The translations under genes were made by a program, and so were the position numbers. This document shows, one piece after another, positions 14,596 through 25,178 of a DNA stretch of 32,734 bases. Under the pieces are notes generated by a model, which searched no databases, was not told the DNA's origin, and saw only the letters and a list, made by a program, of their open reading frames with translations. The DNA lies in contig CAZQLB010000001.1 in assembly GCA_964593915.1 (NCBI GenBank), positions 1-32,734 on the forward strand, in the 5' to 3' direction. This stretch comes from an uncultured Pseudobdellovibrionaceae bacterium. GTDB lineage: Bacteria > Pseudomonadota > Alphaproteobacteria > Micavibrionales > Micavibrionaceae. How positions within the stretch are numbered: the stretch's first letter is position 1; each line of letters starts with the position of its first letter.

Positions 14596-16638
14596 ATGCC
14601 CAAGTTAAAAATCAACAATACCGAAATCGAAGTTGCGCCGGGGACATCGATCCTACAGGCCGCAGAAATGCTGGGGATTGAAATTCCGCGTTTTTGTTAT
14701 CATGACAAGTTATCGGTCGCGGCAAATTGCCGGATGTGCTTGGTTGAGGTGAAGGGAGCGCCCAAACCGGTTGCGTCCTGTGCCCTTGCTTGCGGCGACA
14801 ATATGGAGGTGTATACAAAAACCCCCATGGCGGATAAGGCGCGCCGTGGTGTCATGGAAATGTTGCTGATCAATCACCCGCTGGATTGTCCCGTGTGCGA
14901 TCAGGGCGGCGAATGTGATCTTCAGGATCAGTCGGTCGCCTATGGTTTTGATCGATCCCGTTATCACGAATCAAAACGCGCGGTAAAGGACAAGGATATT
15001 GGCCCTCTGGTCAAAACCGTCATGACGCGGTGTATTCAGTGCACAAGATGCGTTCGGTTCTGTGATGAAATCGCGGGTACATCTGAACTCGGGTTGATGA
15101 ACCGGGGGGAAAACGTTGAAATTGGTCCATTTGTTGATCGTCCCGTGACAACGGAATTGTCTGGAAACTTGGTTGATATTTGTCCTGTTGGTGCCTTGAC
15201 GAATAAACCTTATGCCTTTAAGGCCCGTGCATGGGAAATCAAAAAGACAGACAGCGTTGATGTCATGGATGCGGTCGGGTCGAATATCCGTGTGGATAGC
15301 CGCGGGAATGAAGCCCTGCGCATTCTGCCTCGTCTTCACGAAGATATTAACGAGGAATGGATTGGGGATCGTTCGCGGTATGCTGTGGATGGATTGAAAT
15401 ATGCCCGTTTGGATACCCCGTATGTCCGTGATGCGGGGACGGGGGCCTTGGTTCCTGCTAGCTGGGATGATGCATTGGCCATGATTGCAAGCCGTATGTC
15501 GCAGACGACACCGGATAAAATTGCGGCTTTTGCCGGCGAACTGTGCGCTCTTGAAGAAATGGTTGCATTAAAAGACTTGATGGATCAGATGGGCGCGCAG
15601 CGCACGGAATGCCGCGTCAATGGCGAACAAATTGAAAATGGCCCGCGTGGCGGATATTTATTTAACACAACGATTGCCGGAATTGAACAAGCAGATGCTA
15701 TTCTCATCGTGGGGGCAAATCCTCGCCATGAGGCGACTATGGTGAATGCCCGTATCCGCAAAGCCTGGCTTGCGAAACATAAACGGTTACCGATCGGTGT
15801 TATCGGAACTGATACAGATTTAACATACGATATCGAACACATTTCGGCCGGGCCGGATGGAATTGATTCTCTGCTTTCTGGTACGCATCCTTTTTCTGCC
15901 GTTTTACGTGCGGCTAAAAACCCCATGATGATTGTGGGAATGGGGGCTTTAAGGCGCGTGGATGGTGTCCAGATTTTAAAACGCCTTTATGAATTGGCCG
16001 GGTCTTTTAATATGATTCGGGCGGATTGGAATGGGTGGAATATCCTGCATATAGCCGCGTCGATGGTGGGCGGTATGGATATTGGATTTACGTCTACACC
16101 ATTTGATATCTGTGAAATGGATGTTGTTTATTTGATGAATACGGATACACCCCATGTCGTGGACAGTATGCGTGACGATGCGTTTGTGGTGTATCAAGGA
16201 CATCATGGCGACCGAGGGGCTGCGCGTGCCGACGTGATTTTACCGGGCGCGGCCTATACCGAAAAAAATGGTATTTACGTCAATATGGAGGGCCGGGCCC
16301 AGCAGGCGCGTGCGGCTGTTCACCCCCCTGGCCTTGCCCGAGAGGACTGGAAAATTATTCGGGCGTTGTCTGGTGTGATGGGGTATCCATTGCCATATGA
16401 TGACCTGGCGCAGCTGCGTGCCCGTATGGCCCGCACATATATTCCTGTTTCTCATATGGGGGATGTTCGTGCAGCTGTTATGCCTCAATCGCTGGGCCGT
16501 TCTGGTACATCGTCGCGCAGTGATTTTATCAGTACAGTTCCCAATTATTATGATACAAATGTGATCACGCATGTTTCAAAAACAATGAAGGCATGTGTTG
16601 ATGCCTTTTTAAAATCCAACCACCGTCAGGCAGCGTAA
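14596..16638 (+). CDS. nuoG: NADH-quinone oxidoreductase subunit G
   Basis: 2Fe-2S motif ([18 protein letters not shown]) and 4Fe-4S motifs ([18 protein letters not shown]; [11 protein letters not shown]…CPVGAL). 680 aa. Confidence 0.97.
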   Translation: MPKLKINNTEIEVAPGTSILQAAEMLGIEIPRFCYHDKLSVAANCRMCLVEVKGAPKPVASCALACGDNMEVYTKTPMADKARRGVMEMLLINHPLDCPVCDQGGECDLQDQSVAYGFDRSRYHESKRAVKDKDIGPLVKTVMTRCIQCTRCVRFCDEIAGTSELGLMNRGENVEIGPFVDRPVTTELSGNLVDICPVGALTNKPYAFKARAWEIKKTDSVDVMDAVGSNIRVDSRGNEALRILPRLHEDINEEWIGDRSRYAVDGLKYARLDTPYVRDAGTGALVPASWDDALAMIASRMSQTTPDKIAAFAGELCALEEMVALKDLMDQMGAQRTECRVNGEQIENGPRGGYLFNTTIAGIEQADAILIVGANPRHEATMVNARIRKAWLAKHKRLPIGVIGTDTDLTYDIEHISAGPDGIDSLLSGTHPFSAVLRAAKNPMMIVGMGALRRVDGVQILKRLYELAGSFNMIRADWNGWNILHIAASMVGGMDIGFTSTPFDICEMDVVYLMNTDTPHVVDSMRDDAFVVYQGHHGDRGAARADVILPGAAYTEKNGIYVNMEGRAQQARAAVHPPGLAREDWKIIRALSGVMGYPLPYDDLAQLRARMARTYIPVSHMGDVRAAVMPQSLGRSGTSSRSDFISTVPNYYDTNVITHVSKTMKACVDAFLKSNHRQAA

Positions 16639-16640
16639 AG

Positions 16641-17651
16641 ATGATGGAATTGATCAATTTATATGGGATGGACTTTGTTTGGACCCTTTTGCACATTGGG
16701 GCCATTGTTGGGTGCGTTTTGGGCGGCGTTGCTTATCTAACCTATGCGGAACGTAAAGTCCTGGGCGCGATGCAGCGTCGGCAGGGGCCGATGACCGTTG
16801 GTCCTTTCGGCTTGCTGCAACCGATTGCGGATGGTATCAAGTTACTTTCCAAAGAAACTATTTTACCGACGCAGGCGAATAAACCTGTCTTTGTTTTGGC
16901 GCCGATGATGCTTTTTTCTTTGGCGCTTCTGGCGTGGGCGGTCATTCCCGTGGATGCAAAGGTTGTTTTGGCCAATATTAACGTCGGAATTCTGTATCTG
17001 TTTGCGATCTCGTCCATGGGTGTATATGGCGTTATCATGGCCGGATGGGCCAGTAATTCGCGTTATGCTTTCCTTGGCGGTATGCGTTCGGCATCCCAGA
17101 TGGTGAGTTACGAGGTGTCGATGGGCCTTGTGATTGTTTGTGTGTTGTTGACCACGGGTACATTGAACCTGACCGGGATTATTGAGGCTGATCGTCCGTG
17201 GTGGATGGTGGCTTTGCTGTTTCCCATGTTCATTGTGTTTTTGGTGTCGATTTTGGCCGAAACAAATCGTCCACCGTTTGATTTACCCGAAGGGGAATCG
17301 GAATTATCCGGCGGATTTATGGTTGAATATTCATCGATGACCTTTGCGCTGTTTTTCCTTGGGGAATACGCCAATATGATTTTGATGAGTGCGATGACCA
17401 CTGTTCTCTTTCTGGGCGGCTGGCATGTTCCATTCGGGATTGAGGGATTATCGTTTGTGCCTGGATGGATTTGGTTTATCCTAAAAATCTGCGCCGTGCT
17501 GTTTTTCTTTATCTGGGCGCGCGCGTCATTTCCGCGTTATCGCTATGACCAATTGATGCGTTTGGGATGGAAGGTGTTCTTGCCGCTGTCGCTGATATGG
17601 ATCGTGGTCGTTGCCGGAACCCTTTTATATATGGATGCGTTGCCGAAGTAA
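16641..17651 (+). CDS. nuoH: NADH-quinone oxidoreductase subunit H
   Basis: Polytopic membrane protein with [26 protein letters not shown] and [16 protein letters not shown] signatures. Confidence 0.97.
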   Translation: MMELINLYGMDFVWTLLHIGAIVGCVLGGVAYLTYAERKVLGAMQRRQGPMTVGPFGLLQPIADGIKLLSKETILPTQANKPVFVLAPMMLFSLALLAWAVIPVDAKVVLANINVGILYLFAISSMGVYGVIMAGWASNSRYAFLGGMRSASQMVSYEVSMGLVIVCVLLTTGTLNLTGIIEADRPWWMVALLFPMFIVFLVSILAETNRPPFDLPEGESELSGGFMVEYSSMTFALFFLGEYANMILMSAMTTVLFLGGWHVPFGIEGLSFVPGWIWFILKICAVLFFFIWARASFPRYRYDQLMRLGWKVFLPLSLIWIVVVAGTLLYMDALPK

Positions 17652-17663
17652 GTGAGATAAATT

Positions 17664-18152
17664 ATGTCCATAAAACAAGTTGCTAAATCGTTTTTACTGT
17701 ATGAAATCGTCAAGGGTATGGCCTTGACCCTCAAGTACATGTTTTTTGTGCCGCGTGTGACAATTAACTATCCATACGAAAAGGGGCCGATTAGTCCTCG
17801 TTTCCGGGGTGAACATGCCCTGCGCCGCTATCCCAATGGGGAAGAACGCTGTATTGCCTGCAAACTGTGCGAAGCGATTTGCCCCGCCCAGGCCATTACG
17901 ATTGAGGCCGAACCTAGGGACGATGGATCCCGCCGCACCACGCGCTATGACATTGATATGACCAAATGTATTTATTGCGGTCTGTGCCAGGAAGCGTGTC
18001 CGGTGGATGCCATTGTCGAAGGCCCCAATTTTGAATACGCAACCGAAACCCGGGCCGAATTATTTTATAACAAGGAAAAATTGCTGGAAAATGGCGATCG
18101 GTGGGAAGCCCAAATCGCCCGTAATATCGCAAGCGATGCGAGGTATCGATAA
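17664..18152 (+). CDS. nuoI: NADH-quinone oxidoreductase subunit I
   Basis: Two ferredoxin-type 4Fe-4S motifs, [12 protein letters not shown] and [12 protein letters not shown]. Confidence 0.97.
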   Translation: MSIKQVAKSFLLYEIVKGMALTLKYMFFVPRVTINYPYEKGPISPRFRGEHALRRYPNGEERCIACKLCEAICPAQAITIEAEPRDDGSRRTTRYDIDMTKCIYCGLCQEACPVDAIVEGPNFEYATETRAELFYNKEKLLENGDRWEAQIARNIASDARYR

Positions 18153-18154
18153 TC

Positions 18155-18781
18155 ATGATCACTGCTTTGTCTTTTTATCTTTTTGCGCTTGTGCTGACGT
18201 TATCCGCCGGCATGGTGATTACCGCAAAGAACCCGGTGCATTCGGTTTTATTCCTGATCCTTGCGTTTTTTAACGCGGCTGGTCTTTTTGTTTTAATGGG
18301 CGCGGAATTTATCGCCATGCTGCTTGTGATTGTTTATGTCGGCGCAGTGGCGGTGCTGTTCCTGTTCGTTGTGATGATGCTGGATATCAATTTTGCCCAG
18401 CTGCGGCATGGCGCCCTGCGTTACGCGCCAATTGGTATGGTTTTGGGCGGTGTTTTGCTTGCTGAACTTGTTTTGCTGTATGCGGGAATGCCGGGCGCGG
18501 ATGCGCGCCCCTCGTCCCACGATCCGGCTTTGGCCATTCCGTCCCCTGATATGACCGAGAATACAAAGGCGCTGGGCCATGTTCTGTATACCCATTATAT
18601 ATTGCCGTTTCAGGTCTCGGGCCTTATTTTGCTGACCGCGATGATTGGGGCGATTGTCTTGACGCTGCGTCAACGTCCGGGTGTACGGCGTCAGCGCGTG
18701 GCAGATCAAAATGCGCGCAAGGCATCCGATGTATTAGAAATGAAATCAATTCCATCCGGAGTAGGTATAAAAAATGTTTGA
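18155..18781 (+). CDS. nuoJ: NADH-quinone oxidoreductase subunit J
   Basis: 208-aa hydrophobic protein in the conserved position between nuoI and nuoK. NuoJ-like N-terminus (…[52 protein letters not shown]). Confidence 0.94.
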   Translation: MITALSFYLFALVLTLSAGMVITAKNPVHSVLFLILAFFNAAGLFVLMGAEFIAMLLVIVYVGAVAVLFLFVVMMLDINFAQLRHGALRYAPIGMVLGGVLLAELVLLYAGMPGADARPSSHDPALAIPSPDMTENTKALGHVLYTHYILPFQVSGLILLTAMIGAIVLTLRQRPGVRRQRVADQNARKASDVLEMKSIPSGVGIKNV

Positions 18782-19085
18782 TATTGGATTGACCCATTAC
18801 CTGACCCTGGCCGCGATTTTGTTTACGCTGGGCGTTTTTGGCATTTTTTTGAATCGCAAAAATGTGATTGTCATTTTGATGTCGATTGAATTGATGCTTT
18901 TGGCGGTGAATATCAACTTTGTGGCCTTTTCCTCTTTTATGGGGGATATTGCAGGGCAGGTTTTCACGATGTTTATTCTGACCGTTGCGGCAGCTGAAGC
19001 CGCAATTGGTTTGGCTATTCTGGTTGTATTTTTCCGTAACCGCGGATCAATCGCCGTTGACGATATATCTGAGATGCGAGGGTAA
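18774..19085 (+). CDS. nuoK: NADH-quinone oxidoreductase subunit K
   Basis: 103 aa, 3 TM (…[19 protein letters not shown]…[17 protein letters not shown]). Overlaps nuoJ by 8 bp. Confidence 0.95.
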   Translation: MFDIGLTHYLTLAAILFTLGVFGIFLNRKNVIVILMSIELMLLAVNINFVAFSSFMGDIAGQVFTMFILTVAAAEAAIGLAILVVFFRNRGSIAVDDISEMRG

Positions 19086-19090
19086 AGACA

Positions 19091-21169
19091 ATGTCTCTTG
19101 AACTGATTGCTGTATTTGCGCCGCTGATCGGCTTTTTAACGGTGGGGTTGTTTGGCCGTATCATCGGAGATCGACTTTCCCAGTTGATCACGTGCGGATT
19201 GATGATCGCGGCGGCTGCATCCTCTATCCTGTTGTTTCAGGATGTGGTCCTGGGGGGACATGTGCGCGTGACCATGCTCGCGACATGGATGGATGTTGCC
19301 GGATTTACGGCCAATTGGTCCATTCGTGCCGATCAGTTATCTGTTGTCATGATGAATGTTATTACGATTGTATCGGCGTGTGTGCATGTGTATTCGGTTG
19401 GGTATATGTCGCATGATCATTCCATTCCCCGGTTTATGGCGTATTTGTCGCTTTTTACCTTTGCCATGATGATGCTGGTCACAGCTGATAACCTGCTGCA
19501 AATCTTTTTTGGATGGGAAGGGGTGGGGCTTGCATCCTATCTGCTGATCGGGTTTTGGCATGAAAAGCCATCCGCCTGCGCGGCATCGATTAAGGCGTTT
19601 ATTGTAAATCGTGTGGGGGATTTGGGCTTGGTCCTTGGCCTTTTTGCGACATTTTTTGTTTTTGGCAGCATCGAGTTTTCGTCAATTTTTGCCGCCGTTC
19701 CAGATAAAAAAGATTTGATTATACCTTTTCTTGGGTATGAGGTTCACGCATTAACCCTGATCGGTATTTTGCTGTTCATTGGCGCGATGGGGAAATCGGC
19801 GCAGCTGGGGCTTCATACCTGGCTTCCCGATGCGATGGAGGGGCCCACGCCTGTTTCCGCCCTGATCCATGCGGCCACAATGGTGACGGCCGGTGTTTTC
19901 TTGGTTGCGCGTTTTTCCCCCGTTTATGATGCGGCGCCGGATGCATTGATGATCATTTGTGTTGTTGGTGCGTTGACTGCCTTTGTGGCTGCGACCATTG
20001 GGTTAACCCAATTTGATATCAAACGGGTTATTGCGTATTCCACGATGTCTCAGCTGGGGTACATGTTTTTTGCCCTTGGCGTTGGGGCATATGGCGCCGC
20101 GATGTTCCATTTGGTGACGCATGCGTTTTTCAAAGCATTGTTGTTTTTAGGTGCTGGATCTGTCATTCACGCTATGGACGGCGAGCAAGACATGCGCAAA
20201 ATGGGCGGCATTTGGCGGAAGATTCCGGCTACACATCTGATGATGGTGATTGGGTCTTTGGCCCTTTGTGGTGTGCCTTATTTTGCTGGATATTATTCCA
20301 AAGATACCATCCTGGAATCTGCATGGGCGGCTGGAAGTGACGTGGGGATATTCGCCTATTGGATGGGTATTGCAGCTGCATTTATGACCGCGTTTTATTC
20401 GTGGCGTCTGATGAGCATGACATTCTATGGCAAGACGCGGGCCGATCATCACACATATGATCATGCGCATGAAAGTCCGGCTGTAATGATGATCCCGCTT
20501 GTTGTTCTGGCGGCGGGTGCTTTGTTTAGCGGCGCATACCTGTATGGCGGAATGGTCGATGGTTATACGCATCATGCGGATACTGTTGTTGCCGTTCATG
20601 AATCCGATAAAGGACATCATGGTGCAGAGCATTCTCAAGCAATGGCCCATACGACATCGGCGGCGCAATCATTTACATCCTATCACGAATGGACCCGAGA
20701 TTCTTTTTGGGGCGATAGTTTAATCGTGAATCATGATGATGCAGTTGCCCATGCGCACGGCGTGCCCGAATGGGTTGCAATGACCCCGACCGTTGCTGGT
20801 GGATTGGGTATATTTCTGGCTCTTGTTATTTATTTGCTGGTTCCTGGGTTCCCGGTTTGGTTTTCTGGTGTGCTGCGGCCTCTTTACAACCTGTCATTTT
20901 ATAAATGGTATTTTGATCAGGTGTATGATGTTTTATTTGTTCGTACGGCGCGTCTTTTGGGCCGTGTGTTCTGGAAGGCCGGCGATGGCGCGCTGATCGA
21001 TGGACTGGGGCCCAATGGATCGGCCCGTGTTACGCGATGGGGTGCAATGGCGTTGTCATGGCTTCAGACCGGATATGTTTACCATTATGCGTTTGCCATG
21101 ATGGGGGGAGTTTTGGTTTTGGTTACGTGGATGGCCATTCGTTTAGGGCTGTTTGCGGGATTACATTAA
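19091..21169 (+). CDS. nuoL: NADH-quinone oxidoreductase subunit L
   Basis: Antiporter-like subunit with the motif HTWLPDAMEGPTPVSALIHAATMVTAG. 692 aa, with a long C-terminal lateral-helix region. Confidence 0.96.
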   Translation: MSLELIAVFAPLIGFLTVGLFGRIIGDRLSQLITCGLMIAAAASSILLFQDVVLGGHVRVTMLATWMDVAGFTANWSIRADQLSVVMMNVITIVSACVHVYSVGYMSHDHSIPRFMAYLSLFTFAMMMLVTADNLLQIFFGWEGVGLASYLLIGFWHEKPSACAASIKAFIVNRVGDLGLVLGLFATFFVFGSIEFSSIFAAVPDKKDLIIPFLGYEVHALTLIGILLFIGAMGKSAQLGLHTWLPDAMEGPTPVSALIHAATMVTAGVFLVARFSPVYDAAPDALMIICVVGALTAFVAATIGLTQFDIKRVIAYSTMSQLGYMFFALGVGAYGAAMFHLVTHAFFKALLFLGAGSVIHAMDGEQDMRKMGGIWRKIPATHLMMVIGSLALCGVPYFAGYYSKDTILESAWAAGSDVGIFAYWMGIAAAFMTAFYSWRLMSMTFYGKTRADHHTYDHAHESPAVMMIPLVVLAAGALFSGAYLYGGMVDGYTHHADTVVAVHESDKGHHGAEHSQAMAHTTSAAQSFTSYHEWTRDSFWGDSLIVNHDDAVAHAHGVPEWVAMTPTVAGGLGIFLALVIYLLVPGFPVWFSGVLRPLYNLSFYKWYFDQVYDVLFVRTARLLGRVFWKAGDGALIDGLGPNGSARVTRWGAMALSWLQTGYVYHYAFAMMGGVLVLVTWMAIRLGLFAGLH

Positions 21170-21238
21170 AAAGGTTTTGTCGTTTTGGGTGGGGAAGGTC
21201 TTATCTCCGCTGTGATACGTTAATAAAAGGATTGAGAT

Positions 21239-22867
21239 ATGCATTCGTTTTCCCTTCTGTCTTTGATGATTGCGCTTCCGCTTTTGGGGGCGATTGTCCT
21301 TTGCCTTTTGCGTGGGGATGACGCCCGCATCGCCAGTACATCGAAATCGATTGCCTTTTTTACCTCTATGGCGGTTTTTGCCTTGTCTCTTTTGATGCTG
21401 CAAAAGTTTGATCCGACGTTCCAGCTATCTTCCCTTTCTACTGCCGGGGCCGAAGGGGCTGGCGCATCGCTATCTACCGGATGGTGGGACCGCCTTTTGG
21501 GGGTTGACGGAATATCTGTCTATTTCGTTTTGCTTTCCGCATTTTTAACGCCCGTTTGTATCGTGTCGGCATGGCGCAGCGTGACGGTACGTGTCCGTGA
21601 ATATATGGCGGCTTTTCTGGTTCTTGAAACCTTTATGATCGGGACCTTTGCGGCACTGGACCTGGTTCTTTTTTATGTCTTCTTTGAAGCGGTTTTGATC
21701 CCCATGTATTTAATTATTGGGGTATGGGGCGGAAAACGGCGTATTTATGCTTCGTTTAAATTCTTTTTATATACGCTGCTTGGGTCCGTTTTAATGCTGG
21801 TTGCGATGATGGTTATGATCCATACGGCCGGGACATCATTTATTCCGGATCTGATGGCGTATCATTTCTCGCCGAATATGCAATTTTGGCTTTGGATCGC
21901 CTTTTTCGCAAGCTTTGCTGTGAAAATGCCGATGTGGCCTGTTCATACCTGGCTTCCTGATGCCCACGTTGAGGCACCAACTGCAGGGTCTGTGATTCTG
22001 GCTGGCGTTTTGTTGAAAATGGGGGGGTATGGCTTTTTGCGATTCTCTATTCCCATGTTCCCGGACGCATCCCTTTATTTTACCCCGTTTGTTATGGCGC
22101 TGAGTGTCATTGCCATCGTTTACACATCTCTTGTTGCCCTGGTCCAGGATGACATGAAAAAGATGATTGCTTATTCATCTGTGGCGCATATGGGTTTTGT
22201 GACCATGGGGATATTTACGGCCACCCTTCATGGGGTGCAGGGCGCGATGTTCCAGATGTTGTCGCACGGGATTATTTCCGCTGCCTTATTCCTGTGTGTT
22301 GGGGTTGTATATGATCGGTTACATACGCGTGAGATTAAGGCGTATGGTGGGATTGCCGGGAATATGCCGAAGTATGCGGTGGTGTTTATGATTTTGATGC
22401 TGGGGTCTGTTGGATTACCGGGAACATCTGGATTTGTGGGCGAATTTTTATCCCTGATGGGGGCTTATGCCTATGATCCGCGTGTTGCGATTGTGGCTGG
22501 CACGGGAGTTGTCCTGGGCGCCGCATACATGCTGGTCCTTTATCGCGGTGTGCTTTTTGGTCCACGCGTGAATGCCGATGCACTGGCTATGCCTGATCTA
22601 TCGCGGCGCGAATTTGCGATGTTTGTTCCGATGATTGTTATGGTTATTTTATTTGGGGTCTTGCCTGGATCTCTTTTAAAAGGAATGGAACCCAGCGTAT
22701 CTCATGTCGTGACAACGTATCAAATGCGTCTTGAAGAGACTCGTGCGGCGATGCCGGTTCCTCTTTCTGTATCTGAATCCGATAAAACAAAACCTTTACA
22801 ACCCATACAGCAAGATAATGTGAAAGAAATGGGAAAGAACGCGGATCAATCCCACACAGGTCACTAA
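21239..22867 (+). CDS. nuoM: NADH-quinone oxidoreductase subunit M
   Basis: Antiporter-like subunit with [30 protein letters not shown]. 542 aa, with a ~45-aa hydrophilic C-terminal extension. Confidence 0.96.
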   Translation: MHSFSLLSLMIALPLLGAIVLCLLRGDDARIASTSKSIAFFTSMAVFALSLLMLQKFDPTFQLSSLSTAGAEGAGASLSTGWWDRLLGVDGISVYFVLLSAFLTPVCIVSAWRSVTVRVREYMAAFLVLETFMIGTFAALDLVLFYVFFEAVLIPMYLIIGVWGGKRRIYASFKFFLYTLLGSVLMLVAMMVMIHTAGTSFIPDLMAYHFSPNMQFWLWIAFFASFAVKMPMWPVHTWLPDAHVEAPTAGSVILAGVLLKMGGYGFLRFSIPMFPDASLYFTPFVMALSVIAIVYTSLVALVQDDMKKMIAYSSVAHMGFVTMGIFTATLHGVQGAMFQMLSHGIISAALFLCVGVVYDRLHTREIKAYGGIAGNMPKYAVVFMILMLGSVGLPGTSGFVGEFLSLMGAYAYDPRVAIVAGTGVVLGAAYMLVLYRGVLFGPRVNADALAMPDLSRREFAMFVPMIVMVILFGVLPGSLLKGMEPSVSHVVTTYQMRLEETRAAMPVPLSVSESDKTKPLQPIQQDNVKEMGKNADQSHTGH

Positions 22868-22928
22868 TGTAGTGTGGTTTTGGATTTAAATAGCGTGCTA
22901 ATTTTTTTAGAAAGAGACGAATATAAAA

Positions 22929-24386
22929 GTGAGTAATACGATGACATTTTTACCGCTCCCTGTACCTGAAACTGTTTTGGCTGTCCTTACCTTTCTGACT
23001 TTGATGGTGGGGGCTTTTGCTGGGCCTGCGCGCGCATTTACCTATACCCGCTGGATGGGGTCTTTGTCGCTTTTGGGGGTTTCTGTTTTTCTGATGACTG
23101 CCTTTAATGCGGGTCATACTGTCCCTGATTTTGGATTTATTCAGGCGTTTGGTCCGTCCTTGCCGGAGCTGATGGGGCATCTTTATATACTGGCCTTGCC
23201 GGTTATACTGATCGGGCTTGCTTTTGCCTTGATGATGTCTGGCCGATCTCTGCGAGCCGATCATATCGCGCGGTTTGAATATCCGGTGCTCGTTATGTTG
23301 ATCGGACTGGGGCTGATGGTCATGATGGCCGCGCGGGATTTCCTGTTACTGTATGTCGGGATTGAGCTTGTGGCATTGTCTTCTTATGTCTTGGCGGCGT
23401 TTCGCCGGGACGAAGCTGTTTCCGCTGAAGCGGGTCTTAAATACTTTATTCTGGGGGCGTTGTCGTCTGGATTATTACTGTTCGGGATATCCTTGATTTA
23501 TGGATTTACCGGATCTTTGGTCTATACCGATATTATGATGTCGTTGGTGGACGGGACAAATGTTGGATCCTTGCGTATGGGCGTTGTTTTGGGGATGGCG
23601 TTTGTAATGGCGGGATTTGCGTTTAAATTATCGGCGGTTCCGTTCCATATGTGGACACCAGATGTGTATCAAGGTGCGCCGGCCGCTGTCACGGCTTTGT
23701 TTGCGATGGTGCCTAAAATTGCAATCGTTTTTGTTTTGTATACGTTGTGCACACATGTGTTTGGGCCCATTTCCGGTGATGTCGCCCAGATTGTTGGATT
23801 TTTATGTTTCGCATCCATGATTTGGGGGGCGTTTGGGGCAATTGTACAAACCAGTATGCGCCGTTTGCTGGCCTATGGTACCATTGGGAACGTGGGATAT
23901 GCCTTGCTGGCTATTCTGGCCGGTCTTCATGGTCCTGAAGGGCTGGGGGCGACCGCTGTTTTATACATGATGACCTATATGGTCATGACGGCGGGGACAT
24001 TTTGCGTTCTGCTGGCCTTGCGTCAAAAGGGTGTCATGATTGATCGGATTGCGGATTTGTCGGGATTGTCCAAACAACATCCTGTTCTGGCCTATGCCCT
24101 TATGGTGATGATGTTTTCAATGGCGGGGATCCCTCCGTTCATTGGCTTTGCCTCTAAATTCCTTGTTTTTTATACCGCTGTTCATGCGGGGTATCTTGTT
24201 TTGGCCGTGATCGGGGTTTTGACATCTGTGGTCGCCGCGTTTTATTACATCAACGTTATTCGCGTGATGTTTTTTGAAGAGCCAAGAGGGGAGATCACCG
24301 TAGATATGGGTAAAGGACAGATGTTTGTTTTGGCTTTTTCCCTATTGATTACAGTCTTTCCGCTTTGTTTGTTTGTCGTTTTGTAA
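22929..24386 (+). CDS. nuoN: NADH-quinone oxidoreductase subunit N
   Basis: Antiporter-like subunit with PFHMWTPDVYQGAPAAVTA. The start is GTG 22929 (ORF track) or ATG 22941. Confidence 0.95.
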   Translation: MSNTMTFLPLPVPETVLAVLTFLTLMVGAFAGPARAFTYTRWMGSLSLLGVSVFLMTAFNAGHTVPDFGFIQAFGPSLPELMGHLYILALPVILIGLAFALMMSGRSLRADHIARFEYPVLVMLIGLGLMVMMAARDFLLLYVGIELVALSSYVLAAFRRDEAVSAEAGLKYFILGALSSGLLLFGISLIYGFTGSLVYTDIMMSLVDGTNVGSLRMGVVLGMAFVMAGFAFKLSAVPFHMWTPDVYQGAPAAVTALFAMVPKIAIVFVLYTLCTHVFGPISGDVAQIVGFLCFASMIWGAFGAIVQTSMRRLLAYGTIGNVGYALLAILAGLHGPEGLGATAVLYMMTYMVMTAGTFCVLLALRQKGVMIDRIADLSGLSKQHPVLAYALMVMMFSMAGIPPFIGFASKFLVFYTAVHAGYLVLAVIGVLTSVVAAFYYINVIRVMFFEEPRGEITVDMGKGQMFVLAFSLLITVFPLCLFVVL

Positions 24387-24411
24387 AAGCGCGCAAGATT
24401 TTTTGGTTGTC

Positions 24412-25140
24412 ATGGAATTTGATATTCATCCCTTTAAAACAATCGACAGCACGCAAGATGAGATCATGCGGCGGTATCGATCATCTCCGCGATCTGGTAC
24501 CGTTGTGATATCTGATGTACAGACAAAAGGGCGCGGGCGCGGGGCGCGCACATGGGATAGCGAAGAGGGTAATTTTGCGGCAAGTCTGCTGTGGCGGGTT
24601 CCGGGTTCCGATCACAGGTCTTCGATTGTATCGGATATCAGTTTAATTGTGGCGGTGGCTTTGCACCGTGCGGTGGCTTCATTTCTGGATAATCCGATTG
24701 CATTACGCATTAAGTGGCCGAATGATCTGATCCTTGGGGATTTAAAATGCGCGGGGATTTTGATTGAACGGCCAGATCCGGAATGGTTTATCATTGGCAC
24801 CGGCGTGAACATAAAAACGTCTGCGCAGGGGCGTGCAAAGATGGCCGATGTGACAAAAGATATACCAGCCCCGCGTGCCTTGCTGGACTGTTACCTCTCT
24901 CATTTTACGCAGATTATGGGTACGTACCAGGCACAAGGATTGGCCCCTGTTCGGGCCGCATGGATGGATCGCGCCTATGGCGTCGGGCAACCCATGAGTA
25001 TTCGGTTGCCCCACGATACGTTCGAGGCCCGATTTGAAGGATTGGCCGACAATGGGGCCTGTATTGCCCGTCTGCCGGATCAAAGTATACGTTATGTGAC
25101 AACGGGTGAGGTTTTCTTTGGTTTGGTCCCCTCTATTTAA
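24412..25140 (+). CDS. birA: biotin--[acetyl-CoA-carboxylase] ligase (group I, no HTH domain)
   Basis: Biotin-binding loop KGRGRGARTW, then KWPNDL and the C-terminal SH3-like tail. I prefer ATG 24412 (MEFDIHPFKTIDSTQDE…). The ORF track extends to a TTG at 24373 that overlaps nuoN. Confidence 0.9.
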   Translation: MEFDIHPFKTIDSTQDEIMRRYRSSPRSGTVVISDVQTKGRGRGARTWDSEEGNFAASLLWRVPGSDHRSSIVSDISLIVAVALHRAVASFLDNPIALRIKWPNDLILGDLKCAGILIERPDPEWFIIGTGVNIKTSAQGRAKMADVTKDIPAPRALLDCYLSHFTQIMGTYQAQGLAPVRAAWMDRAYGVGQPMSIRLPHDTFEARFEGLADNGACIARLPDQSIRYVTTGEVFFGLVPSI

Positions 25141-25178
25141 TAGCTTGCAGAAGGCGTCTTGTGATTATATAAAGTCCA

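Noticed and set aside
20540-20760. A His-rich hydrophilic segment in NuoL (…YTHHADTVVAVHESDKGHHGAEHSQAMAH…VAHAHG…).
   Set aside because: As far as I recall, His/acidic-rich loops at this position are common in alphaproteobacterial NuoL/Nqo12 proteins. It is in frame and does not look like an insertion element or intein.
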